Shown here: one piece after another, positions 37,190-47,698 of the stretch | Numbering within the stretch: the stretch's first letter is position 1 | How the letters are laid out: each line of letters opens with the position of its first letter | NCBI GenBank assembly: GCA_041500865.1 | Contig: JBGQMY010000001.1 | Coordinates: 26,827-90,826, forward strand | Source of the DNA: Candidatus Micrarchaeia archaeon | GTDB taxonomy: Archaea; Micrarchaeota; Micrarchaeia; Anstonellales; J096 | Length of the DNA stretch: 64,000 bases | Direction of reading: 5' to 3' | Program-made: the position numbers and the translations under genes | The notes under the pieces: model-generated | The model's database searches: none | Told to the model about the DNA's origin: nothing | Seen by the model: the letters and a program-made list of their open reading frames with translations, nothing else

Positions 37190-38629
37190 ATGGGCAAATA
37201 CGAGACAATACTCAACTTCTGCTTCAAGAAGGGCTATTTTTACCCGAGCAACGAAATTTACGAGAACATCGCGGGATTCTATGATTACGGCCCGATAGGT
37301 GCGAGAATAAAGCGGAAGATAGTCGACATCTGGAGGAATGTGTTCATAGACAGGCCAGGATTCCATGAGGTCGAGTCCACCATAATAGGCCCCGAAATAA
37401 TGTACAAGGCCTCAGGCCACGTTGACGAGTTCACTGACCCGGCAGCCGAGTGCCTCAACTGCCACTCAATAATAAGGGTGGACAAGCTTATAGAAGAAAA
37501 GCTCGGCATCCCATGGGACGGCAAGATGGAGACGCTGGAAAGCATACACAACCAGCACAAGCTCAAGTGCCCCGTATGCGGCGGAGAGATAGGCAAGTTC
37601 AGGAAAGTCAATTTGATGTTCAGCACGACCATAGGGTATGGCGGAACTGCGGCGTACCTTAGGCCTGAAACCGCGCAGGGCATTTACACCTCTGCAATAA
37701 GGAACGCCAAGACGCTTGGCCTGAAGTTGCCTTTCGGCATAGGGCAGATGGGAAAAGTTTTCAGGAACGAGATAAGCCCGAGGCAGGGCCTTTTGAGGCT
37801 GAGGGAGTTCTCGCAGCTTGAGCTTGAGTATTTCGTTGACCCGAGCAACTTCAGCTGCAGCATTTACGACAGGTACAAGGATATGGCGATTCCGTTCATG
37901 GCTCAGGACGGCAAGACCGTGAAGAATGTGAAGATAGGCAAACTGCTTGACGACAAAAAGATAAACAAGCCTTTCGGCTCTCTGCTCGGCATGGACATGG
38001 AAATGCTCACAAGGGCTGGCGTAGACATGTCAAAGGTCCGGTTCAGGCATTTGAGGGACGATGAGAAGGCGCACTACTCAAAGATAAGCGTTGACGTTGA
38101 GATTGAGACGTCTGCGGGCATCCTTGAGGTCATAAGCAACGCGCACAGGGCTGATTACGACCTCGGAAGGCACCAGCAGTTCTCTGGAAAGAATTTAACG
38201 CTTCAGACGGAAAAGGGAAACATAGTGCCGAACTGCGTTGAATCGTCTATAGGGCTTGACAGGCTGTTCTACTGCATAATAGACCACAGCTACAAGGAGG
38301 CGTCCAAGGAAAGGGAGAATGAGTGGCTCAGCATAAGCAAGGAGATAGCCCCTTACAGCGTTGCCGTGTTCCCGCTTGAAAGGAGGGACGGCCTTGACGC
38401 CAAGGCAAAGGAGGCCATGGACATGCTGACATCCAACGGCCTTTCGGTGTTCTACAGCGAGACAGGGAGCATCGGCAGGAGGTATGCCCGCGCGGATGAG
38501 ATAGGGATTCCGCTTTCCATCACTGTTGACTATGAGATGCTTGATTCCGGAACTATAACGCTCAGGGACAGGGAAACCATGAAGCAGGAAAGGATAAAGG
38601 TTTCGGATGCGCTGAAGAGGATATCATGA
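37190..38629 (+). CDS. glyS: Glycine--tRNA ligase, homodimeric type
   Basis: Motifs GFYDYGPIG, ASGHVDEF, YLRPETAQG, FRNEISPRQGLLRLREF and SIGRRYARADEIG. The start could be up to 24 nt earlier. Confidence 0.95.
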   Translation: MGKYETILNFCFKKGYFYPSNEIYENIAGFYDYGPIGARIKRKIVDIWRNVFIDRPGFHEVESTIIGPEIMYKASGHVDEFTDPAAECLNCHSIIRVDKLIEEKLGIPWDGKMETLESIHNQHKLKCPVCGGEIGKFRKVNLMFSTTIGYGGTAAYLRPETAQGIYTSAIRNAKTLGLKLPFGIGQMGKVFRNEISPRQGLLRLREFSQLELEYFVDPSNFSCSIYDRYKDMAIPFMAQDGKTVKNVKIGKLLDDKKINKPFGSLLGMDMEMLTRAGVDMSKVRFRHLRDDEKAHYSKISVDVEIETSAGILEVISNAHRADYDLGRHQQFSGKNLTLQTEKGNIVPNCVESSIGLDRLFYCIIDHSYKEASKERENEWLSISKEIAPYSVAVFPLERRDGLDAKAKEAMDMLTSNGLSVFYSETGSIGRRYARADEIGIPLSITVDYEMLDSGTITLRDRETMKQERIKVSDALKRIS

Positions 38630-39180
38630 AACTGCTTTTCGCGACGCACAACAAGGGGAAGCTTGCAGAGGCGCGGCAAATCCTTGGCCAGAAGGGGGTT
38701 GAGATAGGGCACCTTGAGGTTGAGTATGGCGAGCCGCGCGGGGAGGACACTTCCGAGATAGCGCGCAAGAGCGCTGAGCAGCTTTATCCGATCGTGAAAA
38801 AGCCGCTTTTCCTTGACGACAGCGGGCTTTTCGTTGATGCGCTGAAGGGATTTCCTGGGCCTTATTCCGCTTTTGTCTATAAAAGAATCGGATATGCCGG
38901 CATACTTAATTTGCTTAGCGGGAATTCCAACAGGAAGGCATATTTCAAGTGCTCAATTGCATATGCTGACGAAGACGGCGTCAAGGTTTTTGACGGGACA
39001 GTAAACGGCGGCATATCAAATGCGCCAAGGGGAGATGACGGATTCGGCTATGACCCTGTTTTCGTGCCTGACGGATTTTCCGAGACGTTTGCTGAGATGG
39101 ATGACAAGGAGAAGAACGCGATTTCGCACAGGGGAAAGGCATTGGCCCTGTTCGCGGAATGGGTGGCAAAGAAGGATTAG
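38626..39180 (+). CDS. rdgB: RdgB/HAM1 non-canonical purine NTP pyrophosphatase
   Basis: Motifs ATHNKGK, DDSGL, GFGYDPVF and SHRGKA. Confidence 0.95.
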   Translation: MKLLFATHNKGKLAEARQILGQKGVEIGHLEVEYGEPRGEDTSEIARKSAEQLYPIVKKPLFLDDSGLFVDALKGFPGPYSAFVYKRIGYAGILNLLSGNSNRKAYFKCSIAYADEDGVKVFDGTVNGGISNAPRGDDGFGYDPVFVPDGFSETFAEMDDKEKNAISHRGKALALFAEWVAKKD

Positions 39181-39950
39181 GCGGCGAGGCAATCGCTGAA
39201 GGATTTCATGAATGGGCTGAATGCTTCATTCCCAACCATTACCTCAAGCAATTTGGACGCAAGGAACTCCATGGGCAAGACATGCCCGCTCAGTATGGCC
39301 ATGCCCAATGGCGTATTGCCTGAATTGCTCCTTATGGCGATATCGGCGCCGTTTTCCATCAGCAGGGCGCAAGTCCTGGTGTCGATGTTGGTTGCGGCAT
39401 AGTGCAGTGGCGTCATTCCGGCATAGTCTTTTGAGTTGATGAGCTCTATTACGTTTCCGCCTGCTTTTGCGTATTCTTCTATCAGCAGTTTGCAGATGTC
39501 GGTATTTCCAGACGCTGCGGCACGGTGAAGGGCTGTCTTGCCGGCATTGTCCTTTGCGTTCACGTCCGCTCCCTTTTCAAGCAGTAAAGCGCAGGTCTCG
39601 GTATGTCCGTTCGCTACGGCATACATGAGCGCAGTTGTACCATAATTGCTCTTTGCGTTCACGTCCGCTCCGTTCTTTATCAGCATGGTGCAGGTGTCGG
39701 TGTGTCCGTTCACTGCGGCAAGCATGAGCGCAGTCCAGCCGTCCTTGTCCTTTGCCTCGATGGTTGCGCCTTTCTTGATGAGCCGCTCTATCTCATTGAT
39801 ATTGCTATTCTTTGCGGCGCTGATGAGTTCATCATTGAGTTTCTTCTGCGCTTCTTCTGGCACTTTTGGCTTCTCGCTTGGCAAAATATCGGCTTTATGG
39901 TTTATTGGTTTCTTTGTTGTACTCTTTAGGCTCCGCTTCCTTTCCTGCAT
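39177..39950 (-). CDS. Ankyrin-repeat protein with FxxxFxxC tail
   Basis: GWTALMLAA, GTTALMYA, GKTALH, GMTPLH and GNTPL repeats; ends FMKSFSDCLAA. Start trimmed to MQERKR. Confidence 0.93.
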   Translation of the reverse strand: MQERKRSLKSTTKKPINHKADILPSEKPKVPEEAQKKLNDELISAAKNSNINEIERLIKKGATIEAKDKDGWTALMLAAVNGHTDTCTMLIKNGADVNAKSNYGTTALMYAVANGHTETCALLLEKGADVNAKDNAGKTALHRAAASGNTDICKLLIEEYAKAGGNVIELINSKDYAGMTPLHYAATNIDTRTCALLMENGADIAIRSNSGNTPLGMAILSGHVLPMEFLASKLLEVMVGNEAFSPFMKSFSDCLAA

Positions 39951-40001
39951 GCATCCATCGTGCGGCAAAGGGATTAAAATGCTATTGGGCAATGAGATTC
40001 C

Positions 40002-40586
40002 ATGGACGAAGTCAAGGTTCTTGTTGAAGGCTATGCCAGGAGGATGAAAAACGGCTGGGCGGCAAGCTCCGCAGCTATATTGGTAAGAAGCAGCGGCAAA
40101 ACGATAATCGTTGACCCTGGCTGCAACAGGCAAAGGCTGATGGGCGCGCTGAAAAGGGAAAGGCTCAGGACCGGCGATATTGATTTTGTTTTTCTCACGC
40201 ACAGCCATTTTGACCATTCCATGCTTGCCGGCATATTTGAGAATGCGAAAGTGATTGACTGCGAGGAGATTTTCGACGGCGACATGCAGGTCTCCCATCA
40301 CGGGGCCATACCTGGAACAGGACTGAAAATAATCCAGACGCCGGGCCACACCGACGACCATTGCTCGCTGCTTGCAAACACGGAAAAAGGCGTGTGCGCG
40401 ATAGCCGGAGACGTCTTCTGGTGGGAAGAAGGCGAGAGGCAGTCAATTGACATAGGCAAGCCTGACGCCGCGCATCCCAGCGACGTGAAAAAACTTGCAA
40501 AAAGCAGGAAAATGCTGCTGGAAAGGGCGGACTGGGTAATACCGGGCCATGGCGGGCCGTTTAACACAAAGGGACGGCCAGATTGA
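40002..40586 (+). CDS. MBL-fold metallo-hydrolase
   Basis: Motifs THSHFDH, TPGHT, AGD and IPGHG. Confidence 0.9.
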   Translation: MDEVKVLVEGYARRMKNGWAASSAAILVRSSGKTIIVDPGCNRQRLMGALKRERLRTGDIDFVFLTHSHFDHSMLAGIFENAKVIDCEEIFDGDMQVSHHGAIPGTGLKIIQTPGHTDDHCSLLANTEKGVCAIAGDVFWWEEGERQSIDIGKPDAAHPSDVKKLAKSRKMLLERADWVIPGHGGPFNTKGRPD

Positions 40587-40651
40587 AGAGGCTCGCCTTC
40601 TTTGACAGCTTCAAGGGGTGCATTTCAGCGAAGGCACATGCCAAACGATAG
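40565..40651 (+). pseudogene. Orphan relic of the ankyrin-family tail
   Basis: The frame reads HKGTARLKRLAFFDSFKGCISAKAHAKR*, with no ankyrin repeats upstream. Confidence 0.55.
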
Positions 40652-40758
40652 TTTCTAAGCAAGGCAGCGCTTGGAGCGCTCCGACGCAGGTATAACCCGC
40701 AAAATAGGGATAAGTTTAAAAATGCTATCCTGCATATAATGTGTCAAGGTGTTGAAAT

Positions 40759-41295
40759 ATGGCAGGACCATGCGAAAAAGCAGCTACTGAGTTGGTTAAT
40801 GCTCTGTTCAAGGAGATGCCCGATGCATCCATAAAATCCTACATGGAAACGAAGCTCAACGAGAAATTCGTTGCGCAGTTCAAGTCCATGAAGGAGGATT
40901 TCCTCATGGAGGTCGTCCCAAAGCTGAACGACGTACAGGAAGACATGAAAGCAATCATAGCCAAGAAGGGCAAGGAGAACGTGAACTACGGCGTCGCAAT
41001 GCTCATGTATTATGCGGCAGCATGCAACGTCGGGAAGGACGAAATAAACAGCTTCCTTGTGTCATACGGCAAGGGCGGAAAGGAGCTGCTTGCGAAGTAT
41101 CTCAGCGCTTCAGGAAATGCCGCTCTTATTGAGAAAAAGACTGTGTCTGCGATGGAAGTCGCGCTCAGCCTTGAGGAAGCAGTGTCTGAAACTACGTTCA
41201 GGGCCTTCAGCACCGAACTCTACAAATTCGCGGAAAAGGGCAAGAAGGGCGCTGAAACTGAAGGAACGGACGTGCTTTACCACAAAGTAGCGTGA
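40759..41295 (+). CDS. Hypothetical helical protein, first gene of the AAA/VWA operon
   Basis: TTTAAA box and AGGTG upstream; 6 nt gap to the next gene. Confidence 0.78.
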   Translation: MAGPCEKAATELVNALFKEMPDASIKSYMETKLNEKFVAQFKSMKEDFLMEVVPKLNDVQEDMKAIIAKKGKENVNYGVAMLMYYAAACNVGKDEINSFLVSYGKGGKELLAKYLSASGNAALIEKKTVSAMEVALSLEEAVSETTFRAFSTELYKFAEKGKKGAETEGTDVLYHKVA

Positions 41296-41301
41296 TAGCC
41301 T

Positions 41302-43932
41302 ATGCCACAGGCGACCGTGCAGAGGTTCCCCTCGCTAGAGGAGGGCAAAAAAACCAAGCTGCACGGCGCACTTTCTTCTAAAACCGGAAAGTACGGGGAA
41401 ATGCTTAGGGTAATCCCACAGATAAGCACTTTTACGGTAAACAACACCATAAAGATGCACCCCGCGTTCACGTGCAACGCGATGTGCATGTTCCTGGACA
41501 TGACCATGGGCGAGAAGCAGCCCTTTGTCCCCTATCTTGTCGGAAACCCCGGGACGGGCAAGACGTTTGCGGCGGAGATGCTGCTTGACGTAGCCCTAAC
41601 TAAGATGAAGGGCGTGTTCTCGTCCCAGGAAGGCACCGAAAAAGGCATCACTGAAACGCTTGCGAAATGCGTGGACAACGGCATGCTGGAGTCCGACTTC
41701 AGGCCCGAAAAATCCAAGGCATTCGTCAAATACTTCGGAAAATCAAACGTGCTTGCTGAAATCGCCTCTGCCATGGCCGACGCGTATGCTGCCTCGCCGC
41801 CTGCAAAGATGGGGCAGATAAAGAGCAGGTTCGAGGAGATGATGATATCGCTCAAGGCGATAGCCAACGCGTCCGGGAAATCAAGGGATGAAATCGCGAA
41901 GGAGCTTGACAAAAGCATAAGCACGGATGTTTACGTTTTGCCTTCGGCGTCCTCCGCAACCGACATAATATCCGAAGAGGCCTATGTCATAAGCTCGTCA
42001 GGCATAGAAAGGGTGGTGAAGCACCCGATAATAAGGATGCTCGCAGAGGCTTACGAGGGAAAGATAAGCACGCTGATAATAGACGAGGCAAGCGAGACGC
42101 TGAAGGAGAAGGCCGCGGCAAGGGTGAAGAACCTCCATCCGCTGATTGACGCGCAGGTCAACGGAAAAACGCTGCTGGTTTCCATAAACCCGGAAAACGT
42201 GGACGAGGAAGGCAGGGACATGCTTGCGCAGCTCGGGTCCGCAGTGGAAAAAAGGATGAAGGAAGGCGGACTATGGGCAGAGGACAACATGGACGACATG
42301 AAGGCGCTGTCAAAGGACATAGGCGCAGCGCTTGAAGGAAAGAGAATCCAGCTGTCCATACCGATGCCCAATACGTCATGCATCATCATGACAGGCAACG
42401 TGAGGCAGGAATACGAGCAGATAGGGCTTACAGGGGCGACTTGGAGAAGGATACAGCCCATAATGTTCTCGTACCTGCCGCCGGAGCACATGGGGAAGTT
42501 CCTCAACGACCTTAAGGACAGGTACAAGCAGGAGCTAAGCGCCGCGATGGGAAGCGACTTCAATTCCATAGAGGCGGACATGGGCCAGAGGAGGGACGAG
42601 TTCGTGAGGAGGCTTGTTGACGTATACAGGAGCATGTACGACAGCTACGTGGCCGAGCCCGCTAAGTTCGCAAACAGGATGCTGCCTTCGCTCAGGAGCA
42701 TGGCATACGCGCTCAGGTCGTTTGAGAGCTACTACGCAATGTCAAGCATAATAAGGGAGTCCGATGACTTTGACAAGGTGGAGTGCGCGGAAATCTCGCT
42801 CAACCTGACTTCGCATGGCGGCCAAAGGTTCGTGGAGATGAAGAAGGACAAAAAAGGCCTGAAGGGGGTTCTGCCGAGCCAGCAGAGGTACGGCGAATTC
42901 CTGCTGGCGTCAATGGAGCTCTCGACATACATACCGGTCGGCAGCTTCACCGAGACCAGCGAGAGCAGGAGCGGCGAAAGCGAGATGACGCTCAGGTCAA
43001 AGGCAAGGGAGATATTCGCGGCAAGGGGCCTCAAGGGAGGCAGCACGCAGGAAAGGATGATATCCATAAGGCTCGGAAAAAAGGAATATGTGTATTCGGA
43101 GCCGAACTACATGTACGTGATGTACGGGCTTGCAAACTCCCTGTCAAGGCAGAGGCTGATGCTGCTTGTCGGGGAAAGCCAGGAGGGAAAGACGACGACT
43201 GTTGATTTCACGCAGGCGTTCCTCAGGGAAAACGGGAAGAGCTTCGGTTTCGACGAAGTGAAATACGTCGGCATAGACGACATAGAGGAGTTCACGCTAA
43301 GGACCCCGAACATAAAAAGGAGGGAACAGGGGACTGAAAGGGCCGTGAAGAAATCCCTGCTCAGGGAAACGGTGGAAGACGCCAACGCAAACCCCGAAAC
43401 GACGTTCATAGTCCGCGTGGACGAAGTAGACAATTTAAGGTTCTCGCAGGAGCTCAATGCGCTGTTCACCAGGGACAGGATAACGATGGGCGGCAAGGCA
43501 TACAACATAGGGAACATCGTAATCATGGGAACGTCCAACATATCCCGGATTATGCTGGACAACTTCGTGAGCAGGGGCGGCATACCCCTTGTCTTCACCG
43601 GGTCAACGTCAAAGGTTGAATATCCCGGCCAGAACTTCGACATAAGGAACATCTACCTCATGCATGCCGCTATGGAAAGGTCTCTCGGCAGCGCCGGAAA
43701 GGCCAATGAGATAATGGGGCACCTGCTGAGCGACGCGAACACGGTTGACCAGATATCAAGGATAGACTTTTATGAGATAGCGAAGACGCAGGGCAAGCTT
43801 GCATCCAAGTACATGGCTGCAGTTGAGAAAGGGATGCCGGCAGAGGACTACGTCGGCGCTGTCTCCGCATACATAAGGTCCATCACCCAAACCGACACTG
43901 AGCGGGAGCAGGTGAAGAGGGGGGCGGTCTGA
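41302..43932 (+). CDS. Tandem double AAA+ ATPase (MoxR/dynein-related type)
   Basis: AAA1 has GNPGTGKT, LIIDE, IMTGN and WRR. AAA2 has GESQEGKT, VRVDE, MGTSN and VSR. Confidence 0.85.
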   Translation: MPQATVQRFPSLEEGKKTKLHGALSSKTGKYGEMLRVIPQISTFTVNNTIKMHPAFTCNAMCMFLDMTMGEKQPFVPYLVGNPGTGKTFAAEMLLDVALTKMKGVFSSQEGTEKGITETLAKCVDNGMLESDFRPEKSKAFVKYFGKSNVLAEIASAMADAYAASPPAKMGQIKSRFEEMMISLKAIANASGKSRDEIAKELDKSISTDVYVLPSASSATDIISEEAYVISSSGIERVVKHPIIRMLAEAYEGKISTLIIDEASETLKEKAAARVKNLHPLIDAQVNGKTLLVSINPENVDEEGRDMLAQLGSAVEKRMKEGGLWAEDNMDDMKALSKDIGAALEGKRIQLSIPMPNTSCIIMTGNVRQEYEQIGLTGATWRRIQPIMFSYLPPEHMGKFLNDLKDRYKQELSAAMGSDFNSIEADMGQRRDEFVRRLVDVYRSMYDSYVAEPAKFANRMLPSLRSMAYALRSFESYYAMSSIIRESDDFDKVECAEISLNLTSHGGQRFVEMKKDKKGLKGVLPSQQRYGEFLLASMELSTYIPVGSFTETSESRSGESEMTLRSKAREIFAARGLKGGSTQERMISIRLGKKEYVYSEPNYMYVMYGLANSLSRQRLMLLVGESQEGKTTTVDFTQAFLRENGKSFGFDEVKYVGIDDIEEFTLRTPNIKRREQGTERAVKKSLLRETVEDANANPETTFIVRVDEVDNLRFSQELNALFTRDRITMGGKAYNIGNIVIMGTSNISRIMLDNFVSRGGIPLVFTGSTSKVEYPGQNFDIRNIYLMHAAMERSLGSAGKANEIMGHLLSDANTVDQISRIDFYEIAKTQGKLASKYMAAVEKGMPAEDYVGAVSAYIRSITQTDTEREQVKRGAV

Positions 43933-44307
43933 ATGGCAAAAATGATTACTGCGGCCGAGGCAAGGCAGGTTATCATGACGCTGGAAGGCGCGGAAAGGTT
44001 CGCGCCGGCCTGGATAGCGTCCGGCTCAAGGAAGAACGTTTCCGGCTTCAGGGACGCATACCAGTTCCTGGCAAAAAGGTTCGCAAAATACCTGGAAGGC
44101 AGGTTCGGCGCGGAAAAGATGGAAAAGGAGGCGTTCTCCCGCCTTTTCACCAAATTCCTCATGCCATTCTGCTCGCCTGAGTTCATGGAAGGGCATGAAA
44201 AAAGCCAGTACAAGGCATGGAAGGCCATTGAAAGGATGCTTGACAGCTGCATGGACGGCATGGACCTGGCCTACGCCATAGGGAACGGCGAGTTCGTGGC
44301 GGCTTAG
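43933..44307 (+). CDS. Hypothetical protein in the AAA/VWA operon
   Basis: Abuts the ATPase stop and is followed by AGGAGG before the next gene. Confidence 0.72.
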   Translation: MAKMITAAEARQVIMTLEGAERFAPAWIASGSRKNVSGFRDAYQFLAKRFAKYLEGRFGAEKMEKEAFSRLFTKFLMPFCSPEFMEGHEKSQYKAWKAIERMLDSCMDGMDLAYAIGNGEFVAA

Positions 44308-44320
44308 GAGGCGGCTGACC

Positions 44321-47300
44321 ATGGCCCAATCCGCTTTTGACGTGATGAAAGAGGAGCCTACGCAGCGGAAGGGCGGCCCTCGCGAAAGAAAAAGGCTAAT
44401 GGAATCCTCAGGCCTTGGCACGGCGGGGATGGAAAAGGGTGTAAGGCTTTTCACCGACTATGGGGCATTCACGGATTTTGCTTCAAGATTCAATGGGGAC
44501 GTGGTGACGGCATACGAGGCCGCGAAGCAGGGCACGGTCGAGGAGGCAGGCAGGATAGCCGAAGACCTGTTTCCGACAAAGGGCAACAGGGCCACGTTCG
44601 GGAAAGCGGTGCGGAAATTCTGCGACGACTCGTTCTCAATGCTGTTCGCGATGGTGCTCATGGAAGGCCAGCTGGACAGGAATTACACGGCCCACGTGGA
44701 ATCCGCGCTTTCCCAAAGGGCGAAGAACCTGATGAGCTTCATAAGGGATTTTGAGGACATGAAGAGCCCGGAAAGGATGAGGGAAAGGGTGATTTCAACT
44801 ATTGGGACATTCAAGGACGAGTTTCCCTTTGCATTGATGCAGCAGCTTGACAAGTTCGAGGCAGGGGTAAGGAAAGGGGCTTATGACGACATGCTTGCGC
44901 AGATATCAAAGGCCTACATGGAGACCAGGATGGGGGAGCAAAAGGGGTTTGAGGCGTACTTTTTCATAAATTACAGGGAAAACGCGTTCTTTGACATCAT
45001 AACGCTTGCGATGGAGAACTCCGCCATGGGCATGATAAAGAAGGACGACATGCTGGCCATGTTCAGGCGCGAAAGCCCTGAGCAGGTATTCCTGTTTCCC
45101 TCGCTTTTCGTCCCCATATACGGGGCGGACGAGTTCATGAGGCTCAGAGCCGGCAAGGTCGTAGCGGACATTCCGATAGACGACGGCCTGAGAGCCGTGC
45201 TCTCGGAGCAGGAGATGTGGAAGGACATCCCGATAAGGCCGGCAGAGCAGGTAATACCGCCGCTGGGCAACGTCGCGCAGCTCATAAGGGATATGCCGTC
45301 CGCTAACGTGGACGCGGTCAGCAGGGCAGAGGCCAACACGCTGCCGCCGCAGGAGATGAAAAGCTTCATATTCAGGAGGATGGCCGAAAGGAAGATATCG
45401 CCAGTGCTTGACGTGGTCCCGTCAGGGTGCTCCATAGGCGAAAGGGACAGGATAAGGGCCAATGCCTCCACGAGGACCGTGCAGTACGGCGTAAACGACA
45501 CCTTCCCGGAAATGGACATGGGAATCGGCATAAGCATCATGTTCCACCACCTTTCCGACAGGATGAAATTCGTAAACAGGATGGAAAACGCCCTTGGCTA
45601 CACTGACGGCGCAGGCATATACCTGTTCCCGTATTACTCAAGGATGCCGACAAGGGACCTCAATGCGTACCTGCTGTTCAACGTGGGCAGGCACGAGTGG
45701 GGCCACATATCCATGGGCTCCTTTGAGTACACTGCCGGAAATGTGCCGAAGATAGACCTTTTCGCTCCGCTTGAAAGGGACGCCTCGTATGCCAAAAGGT
45801 ATGAAGAAAAGGGAAAGGAGAACATAGCGCAGCTGCAGGAATTCATCAATGGGATCATGCGCTCAGTGGACGCTGAGCTCAGCAAAAGGGAGAACGGCAA
45901 GGCAACGCTCAGGGAGATATACAAGACGATAGACGGCACAATCAAGTCGCACTACAAAAAAGAGGAGCACAGCAAAAACCCCTACATCAAGAGGTTCTAC
46001 GAGTATTTCGGGACAGAGCTGTACAGGCACATAGACAACGTGATAGACGACTACAGGATAGACAGGTCGTTCTATGACGGCAAGGGAAGGGACGAGATAC
46101 TGTATGAGATGGGCGTGGCTGAAACGGACAAGCTGAGGAAGATTTACAGGGTTTCAACGTATCTCAGGGCCATGAACAGGGCGGTATCTATGCATGAGCA
46201 GTTCAAGGAGGAGCCAAACAAGTCAAATGCCGTGGACACGCTTTTCCTGAGGACGATACTTGATGAAAAGTCTTTCAGCGAACTGGTTGGCCCAAGCGTG
46301 GACCCGCTGTTCAGGGACATTTGCGAGATAGCGATGTCAGAGGTGTACAAGGGGGCGGATACGCCAAGAAGGGTGAACGAGGTCATGTGCGCGTCAATGG
46401 AATTCATGGCGCTTGCGATGATTTTTGACGACGCCATAAAGCCGCCAAAGGTCGTAAGGCAGAAAAAGAAAGGTGAAGGCGGCGAGAAAGGTGGCGAAAA
46501 GGGGGAGAAGGGCGAGGGAGAACAGCAGGGCGGCACGCCAAAAGAGGACCTTGACAAGGAAAAGGGGGAGAAAGAAAAGGGCGGCAAGGGGGATAAGAAA
46601 GGGGACAAAGGAGATGAAGACGAAGGCCAGGGGGACAGCCTTATTGACAAAGACCAGGACGGAAACGTCAACATCAACAAGGATGACAAGAAGGTAGAAG
46701 GAAGGGAAAAGGAAGTTGAGAATTTAAATGCAGCGGAGAAGCACGGGTACGAGACAATTGAGGTCCGGGCTGAAAAGGTGGAGATGTTCAAGCAGTTCTT
46801 CCGCGACCTGAGGATAGACAGGATGGTCATCATAACGGAACTCGGCAAGAGGGGCGCAAGGGTTGACGTTGACGAGCTTGTGAAATTCATGTACAGGAAA
46901 GGCGCAAGGGAAGCGACGTTTTTGGAAAAGAAGGTCATGGAAACCGACGTCGGAAGCCACCTGGAGGCAAGGCCCATAGACATATACATAGGCGTTGACA
47001 CGAGCGGCAGCATGACCGGCGATTCCGGAAGGATGAAAAACTCCAAGAGGATATCGCTTGAGATGCTTGCAGGCTACAACGAGGTTGCGGCCGAGATGAG
47101 GTCCGCCAACATAAGGCTGCACCTGATATCCGTTGCCACGGAAGGCGACCATATCGCCATAAGGGACTGGGACGCCACAAAGGGCCTGATGGTGGAGAAG
47201 AAAGGCGACTTCTACTCTATTTCATACAAGTTCAGCGAGATAAACGGGGCCACGGACCTGCCGGCCATGATAACCCAGTTCCAGTCGTTCGTTGAGGAAA

Positions 47301-47698
47301 TAAAGAAGAACACGATAGGCGAGATAATCAGGGGCAGGAATGCGCTGAACCCTTCAGTGATGATAATGTACATAACGGATTTCGGGGACAACGCCGGTGA
47401 CCTGGAAGGCGTAGTTTCGGCCACAAGGCAATTCGGGACGTTTGCCAGAAAATACAGGGCAGATTCCAAGACTGTCAATTACATCTCCAACGACGCGGGC
47501 ATAGCCACGCTGTTCGTTGTCCCGGACGAGCACAGCGACAGCGACGACATAATGGGCGCGGTTGAAAGGGCGACAAGCGGGGCCGTTGTCAAGTTCACCG
47601 GCGAGAACGAGAGGGACGTTCTTGACAAGATGAACGCGCTCAGGCCCGTCCTTGAGGGGCTCAGGGCAAGCAACGTGGCTGAGAAGGCTGAAAAGTGA
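44321..47698 (+). CDS. Large protein with HExxH metallopeptidase-like domain, charged linker and C-terminal VWA domain
   Basis: RHEWGH and NVIDDYRID; a K/E/G/D-rich linker at about 46460-46640; MIDAS-like VDTSGSM...GATD...YITD. Confidence 0.82.
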   Translation: MAQSAFDVMKEEPTQRKGGPRERKRLMESSGLGTAGMEKGVRLFTDYGAFTDFASRFNGDVVTAYEAAKQGTVEEAGRIAEDLFPTKGNRATFGKAVRKFCDDSFSMLFAMVLMEGQLDRNYTAHVESALSQRAKNLMSFIRDFEDMKSPERMRERVISTIGTFKDEFPFALMQQLDKFEAGVRKGAYDDMLAQISKAYMETRMGEQKGFEAYFFINYRENAFFDIITLAMENSAMGMIKKDDMLAMFRRESPEQVFLFPSLFVPIYGADEFMRLRAGKVVADIPIDDGLRAVLSEQEMWKDIPIRPAEQVIPPLGNVAQLIRDMPSANVDAVSRAEANTLPPQEMKSFIFRRMAERKISPVLDVVPSGCSIGERDRIRANASTRTVQYGVNDTFPEMDMGIGISIMFHHLSDRMKFVNRMENALGYTDGAGIYLFPYYSRMPTRDLNAYLLFNVGRHEWGHISMGSFEYTAGNVPKIDLFAPLERDASYAKRYEEKGKENIAQLQEFINGIMRSVDAELSKRENGKATLREIYKTIDGTIKSHYKKEEHSKNPYIKRFYEYFGTELYRHIDNVIDDYRIDRSFYDGKGRDEILYEMGVAETDKLRKIYRVSTYLRAMNRAVSMHEQFKEEPNKSNAVDTLFLRTILDEKSFSELVGPSVDPLFRDICEIAMSEVYKGADTPRRVNEVMCASMEFMALAMIFDDAIKPPKVVRQKKKGEGGEKGGEKGEKGEGEQQGGTPKEDLDKEKGEKEKGGKGDKKGDKGDEDEGQGDSLIDKDQDGNVNINKDDKKVEGREKEVENLNAAEKHGYETIEVRAEKVEMFKQFFRDLRIDRMVIITELGKRGARVDVDELVKFMYRKGAREATFLEKKVMETDVGSHLEARPIDIYIGVDTSGSMTGDSGRMKNSKRISLEMLAGYNEVAAEMRSANIRLHLISVATEGDHIAIRDWDATKGLMVEKKGDFYSISYKFSEINGATDLPAMITQFQSFVEEIKKNTIGEIIRGRNALNPSVMIMYITDFGDNAGDLEGVVSATRQFGTFARKYRADSKTVNYISNDAGIATLFVVPDEHSDSDDIMGAVERATSGAVVKFTGENERDVLDKMNALRPVLEGLRASNVAEKAEK

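Noticed and set aside
39552..39671. Short identical repeats (about 20 bp) spaced 99 bp apart, as a CRISPR- or DGR-like signal
   Set aside because: They are in-frame codons of adjacent 33-aa ankyrin repeats (GADVNAK). No cas or reverse transcriptase gene is in the window.
39951..40361. Long N-terminal extensions of ankyrin ORFs in the track (also 23824-24048 and 50412-50633)
   Set aside because: They overlap a divergent gene or the tRNA. Downstream ATGs near TATA-like boxes give leaders that match the family.
46144..47046. 300-aa Ser/Phe/Pro-rich minus-strand ORF
   Set aside because: Antisense to the purine-rich linker of the VWA gene.
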